Made by a program: the position numbers and the translations under genes. DNA of 63,614 bases, the filler included, from Sphacelaria rigidula (Eukaryota): assembly GCA_964200075.2 (NCBI GenBank). It is 6 parts of 6 records of this genome, joined end to end, with 100 filler letters (N's around TTAATTAATTAA, not from the genome) between each part and the next. Parts side by side here need not be neighbours in the genome. Positions count along the whole stretch, not along the records: positions 42,479 to 52,996 come from CAXNAA020006350.1; positions 53,097 to 63,614 come from CAXNAA020006351.1; 4 more parts are not named here. One strand, given 5' to 3'. The notes beneath the pieces are model-generated. The model worked only from the letters and a program-made list of their open reading frames with translations, was not told the origin of the DNA and ran no database searches. Every line of letters starts with the position of its first letter. The first letter of the stretch is position 1. Positions 48,017 to 60,241 of this stretch are shown here, piece after piece.

Positions 48017-49499
48017 GTCGAATAGAATTCAACACCCCACTGAGAGACTCTTGCCTGACTTGTGCGTCCTCCAGCCCACGGGGCGTTCCCCTCTGCTGAG
48101 CGCTTCAAATTGAATCTGTCTGCGGGCTAAACTAGCTTTCTGCTGCAGCCCACTTTCTCCTCAGCCAAAACTCCTTTAACAGAGTACCGGACGAATAGCA
48201 TCTAGATAGTATAGTCTCTGCCAGACGATCTGAACAAGAGGACTATCCACGAGGGACTCATCCAGTAGCACTGGCCTCGTGCTCGACAAGTCCTTTCTTC
48301 TCACTTACTATTGCGGAGTGATCCAGAAAGAGACCACATCGTGAGCCAGACGGCAAGGGGCCACGCAGATAAGGGCCATCAATCCAGGATCCCCTGTCCC
48401 CCGCCACTACTCCAATCATGCATGCGATTATACTGAAACCTACGGCTTTGGCTACAGTACGCGTTTTACAGTTCAGTCGTGCAAGGGTGGCTCGAAACGT
48501 TTCGGGCGGCCAGTTTGCAGGGACGTCCTTCAAGAAGTGACCTTGATGAGGCCATGTTCGATTCTCTAAACGTTGATGTTCTCGGATGATGGTAAGCGAG
48601 GTAGTTTCGGGGTCTGCCGGGAAAAACAAACAAAAATTTCAGTGAGACCGAGTGGTGGAGAAGGGGGCGGTCTATCCCACACTCCTCGTGTACTGCACCG
48701 GCAATGGTTTCAACAGGGTTGGTACGCCTCTTTCGAGCCCGTCTCGCCAGTTGCTACATTCGGCCCACTCACGAATGAGGTGTGAAGCCGTATGCCCTCT
48801 AGGATGAGGGTTTCCTGTTACGCGAGTTTTTCGTGGGAACCGTCCTGAAATGTCCGAACTTTGACCGTAGTCGGCCGCCGTGACTCTCTAGGTAACTCGT
48901 GCCCTCTACCACCACCCCCGACTGCTTATTTGTGCAGTTTCGTGCACAGGACGACGTGCAAGACTCACTCTGTCGAGTCCGACGCGAAATGAACAGGGAA
49001 GGGCGCACGGTCGGCAGTTTGTATTTAGCTTTACGTCAAGTACTGTGTTTAAGGAGGGGGGAAATGGGAAATATGGTTTAGATTATGTTTAGCCGGCTAC
49101 CACATTCGACGGCACTATTCCAGTCATGCATGGCCGGCAGTTGCTGAGGTACACAGGCCTCGAGACATCGTGAAGAGGAGGGAGATGTAGACATGGAACA
49201 GGAGCGGTAGTTACAAGAGCCGGTCGCGACCCCGTGTCCGGTGTCCGGTGTCCGGTGTCCGGTGTCCGCCGTGCCGTTCCTCGCTGTAGGCAGGACCATC
49301 CGCGCAGCACCATGTTTATATGCCGACTGTTTTAAACCCGCGTGCGACTATTTTACTCATCAGTCATGTTTTATTCCTGTAACGGTCTTGTGATTGGTGT
49401 GCTGTTTACCTTGACTACATCCTCACAGGACAGACGGACCGAAAACTCGTACGCAACATCTCCGCCCGCCGCCCACCATCCGGATAACGTGAGTCTGAT

Positions 49500-52245
49500 C
49501 ATAACCTCGTATCTGCAAAGGTCCGGCTCCGTGGTCGCTTCGCGCCCAATTGCATGATGCGAAAACATGTACCAAGACGCAGAACGGCCAACCTTGAAAG
49601 GCTGATGGCTGATCCGACGTTGAGAGCAGTGACGTTACGAACGACCTTCCCTCTCGACCCCTCACCTATTGATACTACCGCCGCTGACATGGCTGCAGGC
49701 CTCAGCAAGATGCTGATATCCGCCGCAGAAGACACCGCGCCCCACGAGAGAAACCAACGAGGCTCCTATGGCTGGTGCGCGAGTGACGAGACCAAGGCAA
49801 AGATCCACACTGCAGGGATGGCGGGGGAAAAAGCACGGAGGGCATCGATGTCAACGCTCCCTGACGCCAACGTTGAGAAAGTCTTGAAGACCAACAACGA
49901 ACTCCGTCGTGTTCAAGCACATGCGGTGGAGAGGTTCTTCGAGACCTACGTCAGCCGACTTGAAGCGCACATCGCGAAAGGTGACCAACGCGGCTTCTGC
50001 AGGCACTTGAAGGGATCGAAGGGAGGAAACTATGTAGCTAGCTCACAGCAGCAATGTATCCGCGACAGCAAGGGTCAACTGCTCAGAGACGTAAAGCTCA
50101 TCAGCTCGCGGTGGGTACAGCGGCTTCACACCCTTCTCAACACCAAGTCGCCCCACCTCAACCAAGCAATCATCGACCAACTCCAGGCGCGACTTCCGAG
50201 CACGTCGCTAGATGAAGTGACTACGATAGACGAGACAACGGAATCCATACGATCTATGTCCAACGCAAGAGCCGTTGGGCCAGATGAACTGCCAGTCGAG
50301 CTGCTGAAGATACTCCTCGACGGCGACGACACAAGCCGACTTCAGAGATTCCACGCTATCATCGTTGTGATTTGGGGCGGGGCAGCCGTACCACAAAAAT
50401 GGAAGGGTGCCACCACCATCGTTCTCCACAAAAAAGGGCGATCGGACGGAATATGGAAGCTACAGAGGAATTTCACTTGTGTCACACGCCGGCAAAGTGC
50501 TCCTCAAGATAATCGCCCGCCGCCTAAGCACTCACTGCGAGAGCACTGGAATTTTTCTTGAAGAGCAGTGCGGCTTCCGTCCCGGACGCTCAACTGTCGG
50601 CATGATGTTCACCGTCCGACGACTCTAGGAACTTGGCCGGAGACGACAGATCCCGCTCTTTATGTGTTTCGTCGACCTCACGAAAGCATACGATTCTGTC
50701 GACCGCCGATCGGTGTGGGAAGTTGTGAAGCGCTATGGCGTCCCATCCATCATGCTCTCGATCATCCGCCAATTCCAAGATGGTATGCAAGCTCGGGTGC
50801 GCACGAACGACGATGAATACTCGGAATGGTTTGACATCGACCAGGGGCTCCGACAGGGATGCGTGCCAGCACCACTGCTGTTCAACATTTTCTTCGCGGC
50901 AGTGCCCACGGTGGCCCTGGCAACCTTCTGCGATGATCCTGACATCTCAGAGGACCTGGTACGAGTCCGAAAGCGCGAAAGGGAGATTTCCAACAGGAAT
51001 GTGCGGTACCATGGGTCGAGCTAAACGTGTCCACAGCAATCGCGGCGGAAGAGGTACGGTCCTAATTGAGTATGCTGTACGCCGATGACCCCTGAATCGT
51101 CTCGCGGACATCATCGAGTCTCGAGGAGATGATGACGGTGATTGTGACGATCTGCGGAGAGTTCGTCGGGTTGACCACGTCGGAAGCAAAGACGAGGACC
51201 ATGCGACTGCACTCAAAGGCGGGGCACCTCGACATCAATGCGGCTGGCCAGGTATACAAACGAACACACAACTTTGTATACCTGGTGGGGTCAATTACGG
51301 AGAGCGGCGACCTCTCGGTGGAAATAAAAAAGCGCGTGCAACGGGCATGGTCGAACTACCACAAGTACAAATTCCAACCGTTCAATCGACCGAATGCGGC
51401 CGTCTACCTCAAGGTCCACATGATCAAAGCCGAGGCTGTCGAAGCGCTCCTGTACGGGTGCGTCACATGGACCCCTCTCAACGCCCACTACAATCTACTG
51501 CGCACGGCCCACCATACGTTGCTCAGGCGCTGCCTTGGATGGCACAAGCGCAATTGCACAGACCACGTTTTGTCATACCGAGAGACCCTCGCGAGGACAG
51601 GGTGCGAAAGCATCGAGACGACGGTGAGGACGAGGAGATTCCATTTCGCCGGTTTCGTCACGCGCATGTCACCTGGACGGATACCGAAACACGCCATGTT
51701 CGGTGAAATTATAGCCGTGAAGGGACAAGAACGAGAGTTAACGGCAGGCACAAGGACAGGATCCGCTGCCTAGCGGAAGACATGAAGGCGTTCGGTATCG
51801 AATGGCAGGGGTGAACTACCAGAGCCTTAAATGCACTAGAGTGCACAGCTGTGTTAAACAGGGAGCAAAAAGGTTTATATGGAGGACTGATGCCAAAAGG
51901 ATGACGCAGAGACAGCGATACGGCACGCGAAAGCTGCAGGCCAAGATGCACCGACAGCACCTGGGACCGACAGTACAAACACCAACTCATCATAGCCCCC
52001 GCCAGATACGTAGAGCATTGTGTTTGGTCCCCATGTCTGTTTTTGTTCATATCTTGTTCCTGGTGGTTTCTTGTCTGTTTTTTTGTTTAGTCTGTGCACC
52101 CCCTTTCCCCCCCCCCGGAAACGAGCCTGGCTCTGTCTTTTTGTCTCTTGTATTCCTTTCTCTACTCAGTATTCTTCTATTTTTTTTCTTTCATTGTTAT
52201 CCTTTTTTTCTAATCACGAGCTGGAGTGTTGCTGTCAGTTACGTA
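49500..52245 (+). mobile_element. 5'-truncated, frameshifted non-LTR retrotransposon (RTE-like LINE)
   Basis: RT motifs [71 protein letters not shown] (51078-51089), FVYL.GSI and LLYGCVTW. Split across frames. T-rich 3' tail. Confidence 0.93.
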
Positions 52246-52247
52246 AT

Positions 52248-52460
52248 ATAGGTATCTCACACTCGGTTCCCCGTTTCCTGGTTTAATCGCTGGCTCTGGA
52301 CTCTGCGCTATTTTTTCAAGTGAAAGTGACGGCAATTCATAGCAGGACCTGACCTGGCGGTCAAAGGGTCTCATCATCTCATGAATCGCCATCAGTTTCA
52401 CTTGAAGAAATATAACAAAACGAACCAGGAAACCGTGAACCGAGTTTGAGATACCTCTAA
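52248..52460. mobile_element. Palindromic MITE (same family as the core of 317-773)
   Basis: AGGTATCTCACACTCGGTTC...GAACCGAGTTTGAGATACCT. Shares the centre CCTGACCTGGCGGTCAAAGGGTCTCATCA. Confidence 0.8.
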
Positions 52461-52996
52461 TGCGAGATAAAATCATCGTGTTATGTTGTTTGTGTTCGTG
52501 TGTGTTCGTTTGTGTTGTCATTGCTGTTGTTGTTGTTGTTGTTGTTGTTTGTTGTTTGGTAGTGGTGGTGATGGTGTTGTTGTCGTTGTTGTCGTTGCTT
52601 TCTTATTTCCTGTCTGTGGCTGTTGCTTCTGTCTTTTTCTGTTTCTTTCCTTCTTTTCTTTTTCTCATTCTGCTCTTTTTCGCTGCTCCTGACCACGGGC
52701 TGGATTGTTGCAATCGGCTAACGTGAGATGATCAATCAATCAATCAATCAACCGTCACATTTTCCGCCCGGTTCCTTGTTTCAGTGGACGCAGACAGTAG
52801 TAGGGAGAAAACGATGGCTATACTAGAAGATAGATGGTGGCCAGAGACGGCGAAACAGGACGGGGATAAGATAATATGTCAAAGTTTTTCGCGTAATGTA
52901 TGGAAGAAACGTAATGAGCTGCGGAAGACGTGATGAGCGCCAGAATGTTGGAGGTGTCTCCATTAGGAGTAGGAACGGTGCTCCGTCTCGAAAGGG

Positions 52997-53096
52997 NNNN
53001 NNNNNNNNNNNNNNNNNNNNNNNNNNNNNNNNNNNNNNNNTTAATTAATTAANNNNNNNNNNNNNNNNNNNNNNNNNNNNNNNNNNNNNNNNNNNN
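52997..53096. other. Artificial contig linker
   Basis: N44-TTAATTAATTAA-N44. Confidence 0.98.
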
Positions 53097-54044
53097 GGAC
53101 AATCTTTGAGAAACCAAGAAATTACGGATTCTGCATACTTCTGACGCTGACTACTGTAGGTGTTGAAGTTTTTGCGGTATTACGGCATCCCACTTCAATT
53201 AGATGCATTATACCTGGGACATTCCGAATAAATTTGGGGTTCACATTCAGTGTGTGGTTGTGTGCTCTCTTTGGGGGATGATATTTTCGGGCTATGAGAG
53301 GGGACTAGGTTCTAGTGCCGCGGGCTAGGTTTTTCACGAGGTGCTGGTTCTTGTCGTGGATATCGCAGCGTCCCCAAGTTGAATATGTTTTTTTTCTGCG
53401 TTTTTATTTGTCGGACACGGAACGTAGCAGAGGATATGAACATCCTGTTGGGAAGAGTCGAGTATTTCATTGCGTTCCTCACCCGCTTTTCGTCAGCCGT
53501 ATGAGGGACGAGAAGGGAGAGGATGGGGTGGGGGGGGGGTGGGTGACATTTCACACTGCATCTCCATGACGCGACCATCATTTTCGCCTAGAGTATCCCT
53601 GGGCTGGCAAGTTGGGGTCGATATTGGCACTGAAGACAAGTCGTTGTTTGATTATCGTGTCTGGGTTGAAGGTCTGTTTAAGCCTCGGAGTGCACACAAA
53701 GCAAATAGGAGACTACAAAACCCGAGGCGATCTCGTAAACTCCACAGCCGGGGCTATGGGCCGTTTTGTCAGCTTGAACTATCTCCACGACAACCGAGGT
53801 TCTCGCCGAACATAAACATTCACTCTAGCCTGACCGCAACCTAAACTCTTGCCATAACCCTGTGCCGTCGCAGCCGCAGGTCTCCGTACCGGAGGAAGAG
53901 ACGAGGGTTAGGAACCGACGTCGCCAAACCTTCATCTCCTCGCACCAAGTGTCGACCCTCTCCGACAACCTCACCAGTCCACCCGGATGAGGAAAGGGTC
54001 AGTTCCGCTGTTAGCGAGCCATTTGGTAAGTCTACGTTAGCATA

Positions 54045-54533
54045 TCACGGCAGCCGAGCGTGCGTGTTTTTATCGCAGGTAGTATACACTCGTACGTGAT
54101 GGTAACGCGGAAAAAGCGCCCGCGCACTTTGTGTATGGGAGATGTATTCAACGATCGCAGATGCATATGATGTTGAACGCAGACGTTCAAGACAGTAGTA
54201 GGTAATTGGACGAGCTTTGTGCGTCGGCCGTACCTCAGAACAACCGTGCGCAATGTGCGATCCTACCTTTTCCTGCCTGCAAAGGACTGATGCCGAGATA
54301 GCCTCCCCACAAAAAGTGCACTGGAGACCGTCCGACAAACCGGCTGCGATCCCACTATTGGGCTCGTTTGCAGCAATTCCGCCCGCATGAAAGGCTTGTA
54401 GTAATCCGAAATCAGCTATAACGCCCAAATAAGTCGCGTCGTGGAACACGAAACCAGCTTTAACGGCATTTATGATCATCGCTTCCGTGCACATTTTTGG
54501 CCGGTTCGGGGGGGGTGTCTCGGCAGCAGTCAA
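54045..54533 (-). pseudogene. ORF fragment with a C-x2-C-x17-H-x4-C (BED-like) zinc finger; possible transposase remnant
   Basis: LQCTFCGEAISASVLCRQEKVGSHIAHGC. Adjacent to CAGGGG..GAAA TIR-like ends and GGGAC repeats. Confidence 0.3.
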
Positions 54534-54921
54534 AGGCTGGAGGGGCTTGTGCGTACATACAACTGCTGGACACAGCCGCTGCTCGAATCAGAACGAACCT
54601 TCCTACCCATGATTCCTGTGATTCGGTGTTTGTCTTTCTCCGACTGGGGTCGACTTTGTTTTAAGGGTCTTCACGAGACTCAAGTGTCACGGAACCTTCC
54701 GTTGGGTGGAGTGGGAATTTCTGTCGCCTTGTCCGCCGTTTTCACAGGGGTGGAAACCTTGTCCCATCTCGTTTTCTATGGCGATTCCTGCAGTTCGTTT
54801 TTTTTCCCCCTCGACTAGGGTCGACGTTGTTCAAGTACTTGCACGAGACGAACATATCGCGAGACCTTCCGCTCCGCAGCGTGGTACTTCCCATTACATC
54901 TCGTCTTGTCTGCTGTATTCT

Positions 54922-55084
54922 CAGGGGCGGAAATCTCGTCCCACCTCGTCCCCAGTCCTCTAGGGCGACGTTCCCGTCCAATCCTGCACCATCCCGCCCT
55001 TTATGTGAGCAACGGGAAATTTAGCTTCCCGCGGCAAAGCGGGACGGGACGGGACGGGACGGGACGAGAATTTCCGTTCTTCTG
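54922..55084. mobile_element. MITE with CAGGGGCGGAAATCTCGTCCC termini and (GGGAC)n repeats
   Basis: The right end GGGACGAGAATTTCCGTTCTTCTG is the imperfect inverted complement. A related end occurs at 54744. Confidence 0.5.
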
Positions 55085-56184
55085 AGACCGACCGGACAGA
55101 AGAGTAACTGCTCCGGTTGTCCCAAAAATAAGCTGATGATGGGGCCGCTTTTCCCGTTGCCCAGCCGTATCAGAACGGGGCGGGGGTTCTCTTCCCGTCC
55201 TTCCCTCGTGGGACGACTCTCATTCCGTGGGATTCCGTCGAACCATCTCGTTTTTACGGGATTATGCCGTGAGACCAAGTCCCATGGAGCAAAAAATCTC
55301 GACACAGTTCTCATCAGAGAAAACGATAGGAAATCTTATTTTTCGAAGGTGCTCGCTACGAGCGCAGGCGGGTATTTAGAAGAAGGCAGCACTTCATGGA
55401 AGAGGCCTGTGCTGTCCGTAACGTCGTTCGATAGCTGTCCAACCAGGACCACCCTGTCAAAAAGGTTAGCTTCGCGGGAAAGGTCTGCTTCTCGAGGGTT
55501 TGGTACCTTCAGAGCTTCGCCTCAGTCCGAGCGGCGAGGTTGTACTCATTGTGGAGAAACGGTTGACCCGTCAAAAACTGGTATTGGAATTGCATGCAAA
55601 CAAAATACACCGTGCAAGTGGTTGTGGTTCCACGTTTTGCCCACTTAGCCAATCAACGCTCACAGGGAGGCCCCAACGCATGCGCGATGGCTCCAAGACA
55701 AGTCCCTGCCCTGCTACACACATACTAGTCCGGTTTCGGCGGCAGTCCATTCAGTATTTCTGAACTTGTGGACTTCTGCGTTGGCGCCAGCATGTACAAC
55801 TGCAGTTGCCGCTCGGCTGCAAAGATCGAAGGTGGAATTACAAAAACTGTTTGTAACCAGTGTGATATGCGGTTTGTTACAGCAGCAGTTGATCGATCTG
55901 TCGATCAATTGATTATGAAGCAACTGATTGGTTGTCGCAATCCATCCACTGATTCCTGAGGGATATACTTATCCCCGGTCATTATCCACAAGATAGACGC
56001 ACAGAAGGTAAACAAAGAAAACACATCCGCTAGGAGAAAGTAAAAAGAGCAAGAGGAAGAACATGAACAAAATAAAAAGCAAAACAAAATGTAAAATCGG
56101 GAATGGAAACAGAGAAAGAGAATACGGAACTCGTCAGCCGGTTCCGACGAAAATAAGGAGAGTCACTACAAAAGAAAGGAATAA

Positions 56185-56377
56185 TGAGAGGAAGAGAGAG
56201 AGAGAAAGAAGGAAAGAAAGAAAGAAAGAAAGGAAAGAAGAAAAACAGAAAGAAAGAAAGGAAGAAAGAAAGAAAGAAACACAAAAAGAAAGAAACACAG
56301 AAAGAAAGAAACACAGGAAGAAAGAAAGAAAGAAAAACAGAAAGAAAGAGACACACAAAGAAAGAAAGAAAAACAGA

Positions 56378-56436
<59 letters not shown>
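56185..56436. repeat. (GAAA)n-like low-complexity tract followed by a (TAAG)n microsatellite
   Basis: Direct reading. Confidence 0.95.
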
Positions 56437-57391
56437 AAACCTGCAGCATTATTCCAGGTTGAAAGGTCGTGGAAAAAAAACAGCCATGGAAGCTATTTGA
56501 CACTCACAATATTTGGGCATGAACTGTCACCTCCAAATTTCACGGGAGTGAGACGCAAGCATCTCTACCGGTACCGTATATGAAAGGGGAGAGGAGAGAG
56601 CGGACACCAAGAGAAAAAAAGGAGTAAAACGGAACAAAAGGAGCACAAAGACTATGCAGAGCATGTGTACGAGCACAGCTAGGAAATTCGTGAAGGCTGC
56701 ACTCGCAAACTGACGTTTTGACGCAGCCTCTGGAATCATTTCCCCACCGCTCCTGTTTCTCTCAACAAATACGGCGTGTAACACACTACGCAATGCATCG
56801 ATAATTTACTTCAACACACGGGCCCGGTAGCAGCAGTGGTCGCACATAGCCGTGCGTCCCACGAAGTACAACGGGAAAGGTCCACAGACGACCTTCCACA
56901 AAGACGGTACGGGAATGGTATCAACAAAAACGGGTCGAGATAGGACCAATACGTTTCCCAGTGCCCCCAAAAATCTCTGGGCGGAACGTTTTTTCTTTCC
57001 AGCTGCCCAAAACCAATGACAACGGGACGGAGCGGGATATCTACGACCGGATTTTTGAGAAAAGTTTTAGATAAGAAGTTCGCCCCTGAAAAAGAGGCGG
57101 AACCGGACAGCATTTCTTTCGTCCAGCAGGGAGGCCTCGTCGGAATTACCTGAAGCACTAGTGGGATTTTATTTAGGTGAATGGTGGCTGTGGCGATGTT
57201 ACAGATCTGAAGAAGTTGAAAGTTCGAGAATAACCGCCTAAAAAGGATTATCACTTTGCTGAATTCGTTGATATCAGTCATTCGCATATTAGGCTGATTC
57301 CGCGGACCAACTGTCGCAGGGTACTGATACATGGAGATGCGGTAACCGCTACACCAGAACTGATCTGTGACGAAGGTTGCGTCAGGAAAAA

Positions 57392-57556
57392 GGGTCTTGC
57401 TATTTACGTCAACGTTGACGTAATCTGTTACATCCGTCTAGAGACTGTGTGAGTGTATTCCATGTGTTGCTGTGTCCATGCGGCGCTGGTGGGACGGATA
57501 CTGAACGTTGACGGATATAACATAATACGTCAACGTTGACGTAAATAGCAAGACCC
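57392..57556. mobile_element. Mutator-type MITE, 165 bp, with 9-bp target-site duplication
   Basis: CAGGAAAAA|GGGTCTTGCTATTTACGTCAACGTTGACGTA...TACGTCAACGTTGACGTAAATAGCAAGACCC|CAGGAAAAA. Confidence 0.88.
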
Positions 57557-57849
57557 CAGGAAAAAATTTCCTCGGGACGAGAAATACAGGAAAAAAAAGA
57601 AATGGAACAAATTCGTGGTATAACAGAGCAAAAGGACGAACAGAACGCTGCACATCAATGAGGCAGGACGCTGTCTCATACATTTAGACCTATCGGTCAC
57701 TGTTCACAGGATTTATGTTGGCGTCAACTCATTGTTCCAACTGCACTTGATGAAAACCGTTAACACACAAACTATCCTGCCGATTATGATCTACTTCGGA
57801 ATGACATCTGGGTACAGGAAAGGTATCCATCAACAATCGCCACCCCTCA

Positions 57850-58941
57850 GTGATCAAGCTTTTGCGGCGAAGCCCACCTTGTGCGGAGTTTGTAGGTTTG
57901 AATCCCGACAGCTCCTATATTTCTACACAAAATATATTTTCCGACATCCATATCGTAAGACCGTGGATAGCGGCACAAAAGTTCAATGAAAGTCGACGAG
58001 CTGTAGTAGCTGCTCCAATGCGGTATCGCGTGAGAGGTAAGTGCATTAGTGGCTTGAGACGACGGACTCTTCCGCAAGAAGAGGGAGGGTTGAAAATGAA
58101 ACCAAAGCAAAGTAAGATCCCACGCAGTACATACATACTTGATCAGCCACGGACCTGAGAAACCGGATACGACACAACCGTACTTACTGGCGTATCAATG
58201 GGCAATTCTGATTCCTGGTACGTATGCCTGTTCGCTGAAATATGAAATGTTGTTGACGTCCCTCGAACGCCTTCGTATGCTTCAACAGGAGAACAAAGGA
58301 GTCCGGTGCACCACAGAAGGGAATCGGCGCTGGTCACACTGAGCACCGATGATGACCCAACGAGCGTGATCTTAGCCGACGCGTCGAATTCGGCGCCCGA
58401 AGAGAGCACGGATACTGCAGTCAATATCCTTCGCGCTGATCTACAATACTCTGTTCTAGAAGGAGGCCATAACACGGCCGTTTTAAAAGGGGGCAACACC
58501 GCTGTCGTTGATACCCTTATCGATTCTTCGGATTCGGTGCTCAGCACGAAGGAAAGCGCGCCATTTCATGATGTTCTCGCTGACACATCGAGTTTGGTTT
58601 CGGGAGAAGATACAGGTACTACCAGCGTTGGCGTTGACGCTAACGAATCAAGTTCGGTGTTGTGCGAGAAAATAGATACTGCAGTTGTTGATGTCGACGC
58701 TGATGCACGACCTTTGAAGCTGGACGGTGATAAGGATACTATTATTGTTGATGCTGCAGACGCTGCTACATCAAATTCGACTCATCAACCAGAAGGCAGC
58801 AAAAATAGTACCGTTGACGTTGTGGGTGGAGAAATCTCTAGTATTGGTGCTGTTACTACTCCTACCGCTACAACTTCTTTGGATCTGAGTCCGGAAGAAA
58901 TCATGGTAGAACGAGCCGTGAGGGAAATGGTTCACGCGTAA
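57850..58941 (+). pseudogene. Long reading frame with two in-frame TGA stops and an acidic Ser/Thr/Asp/Val repetitive C-terminal half; unknown product
   Basis: ORFs 57850-58158 and 58306-58941 share a frame. Quasi-repeats DTAV.../SS.VL in the second ORF. Confidence 0.35.
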
Positions 58942-60142
58942 CTAGTAAACCAGCAACAACGAATAAGATACAGCTTCGTGGTGGACATCGGTGAATGCAT
59001 GGGTTGTTCATTGCGAAGATCACCTTGAGGTGTGTCGATGGGGTGGTGGCGGGGGAACTCCCGGGTGCTTGCGAGTAACTGCAACTTGGTGTTTCCGGCG
59101 ACAGTCAGAGCTGAGAATATTCTAAGGAAACGCAAGGGGATGGGTTCAGACCAACGTCCATTATCTTTACCAAGATTCACCTAATGACAATATTTTGCTC
59201 AACGTTTGAGGAAATATCGATGCCATCCACATGTCCCTTCCCGCATGTATGGCTCCTGCGTGAAAACAGTAGCCCTTGGACATGGGCCAGCATCGGAATA
59301 TAGTTTGACGATTGCCAGCTTCATTGCCTCGTGGTTGCGGGTGCCTATCATTGCCCTGGGATATCTGTTCATAACGCACTCGGGTGCGGACATTTCATTG
59401 TCTACTGTATGTTGTATTTGACGGTGACACGTGCACATTTGGAAAGGGTGCAGTGCGGGGACTTCTCAAGCGGCGCGCCTTCAGCCGTCAGTCCCAGCAT
59501 CTTACTCATAGAGGTAGTCGGCTTTAGAACACGTCCGTACCCTGGTGCTCCGTCGAGGGGTGCTGAGGCTGCTGCGGTGCCGATAGCACCAACAGTTAGT
59601 TACTGCCTTTTTCGTAGCTCTTGTTGCTCGTACGATAGTGGGGTTGACTGGAACATCGGAGCAGCGGTGAATCTTCTGTGTAAATACTAGTGTGATGAAA
59701 AACGAGTCAGGGAAAATAGCACTTCGGTAGATTTCAATCAGCGGGAAAATAAAATGCTCCGAAGTTGGTTCCCAACATTGTGGAGAGCGCAGACACGTGC
59801 AAGCCCACCTTGTTGTAGCTGTCCTTTGGAAGTAAAGTGAACGCCTGCGCTTGACGTCACGTTCCACCGCCCCGGCTTGAGTCACTGGATGTTGTGAAGA
59901 AAACCACCCCGATGAACCCGGTCGTTTCAGTAGACAAACTGTTCCGACGCCTGACCTGAAGAAAATATGTGCTACTCACAAGTTTAACCACGGAACCCAC
60001 ATGCCCGCCTCCTGATCTAGCAACAACCCCCGGCCCTTTTCCCGGTATATTCCATTATAGGGGTCGCCGGAGTTCTTTTCGGTCAATACTGCTCATCAAG
60101 AGTTATGCCCGCGTTCATCACAACGAAATGCGGGCATAAGGA

Positions 60143-60241
60143 TAACCCTAACCCTTAACCCCTGACTCTTAACTCTTAACCCTCAACCCAGTCGCTAACG
60201 CTAACGCTAACGCTAACGCTAACCCTAACCCTAACCCTAAC
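60143..60241. repeat. Interstitial telomere-like tract (CCCTAA / CGCTAA variants)
   Basis: AACCCTAACCCTTAACC...(CGCTAA)n(CCCTAA)3. Confidence 0.8.

Noticed and set aside
52460..52726. Hydrophobic poly-Val / poly-Cys ORFs
   Set aside because: (GTT)n and T-rich low-complexity sequence.
56030..56503. Membrane-protein-like or Lys/Arg/Glu-rich ORFs on both strands
   Set aside because: Products of (GAAA)n and (TAAG)n simple repeats.
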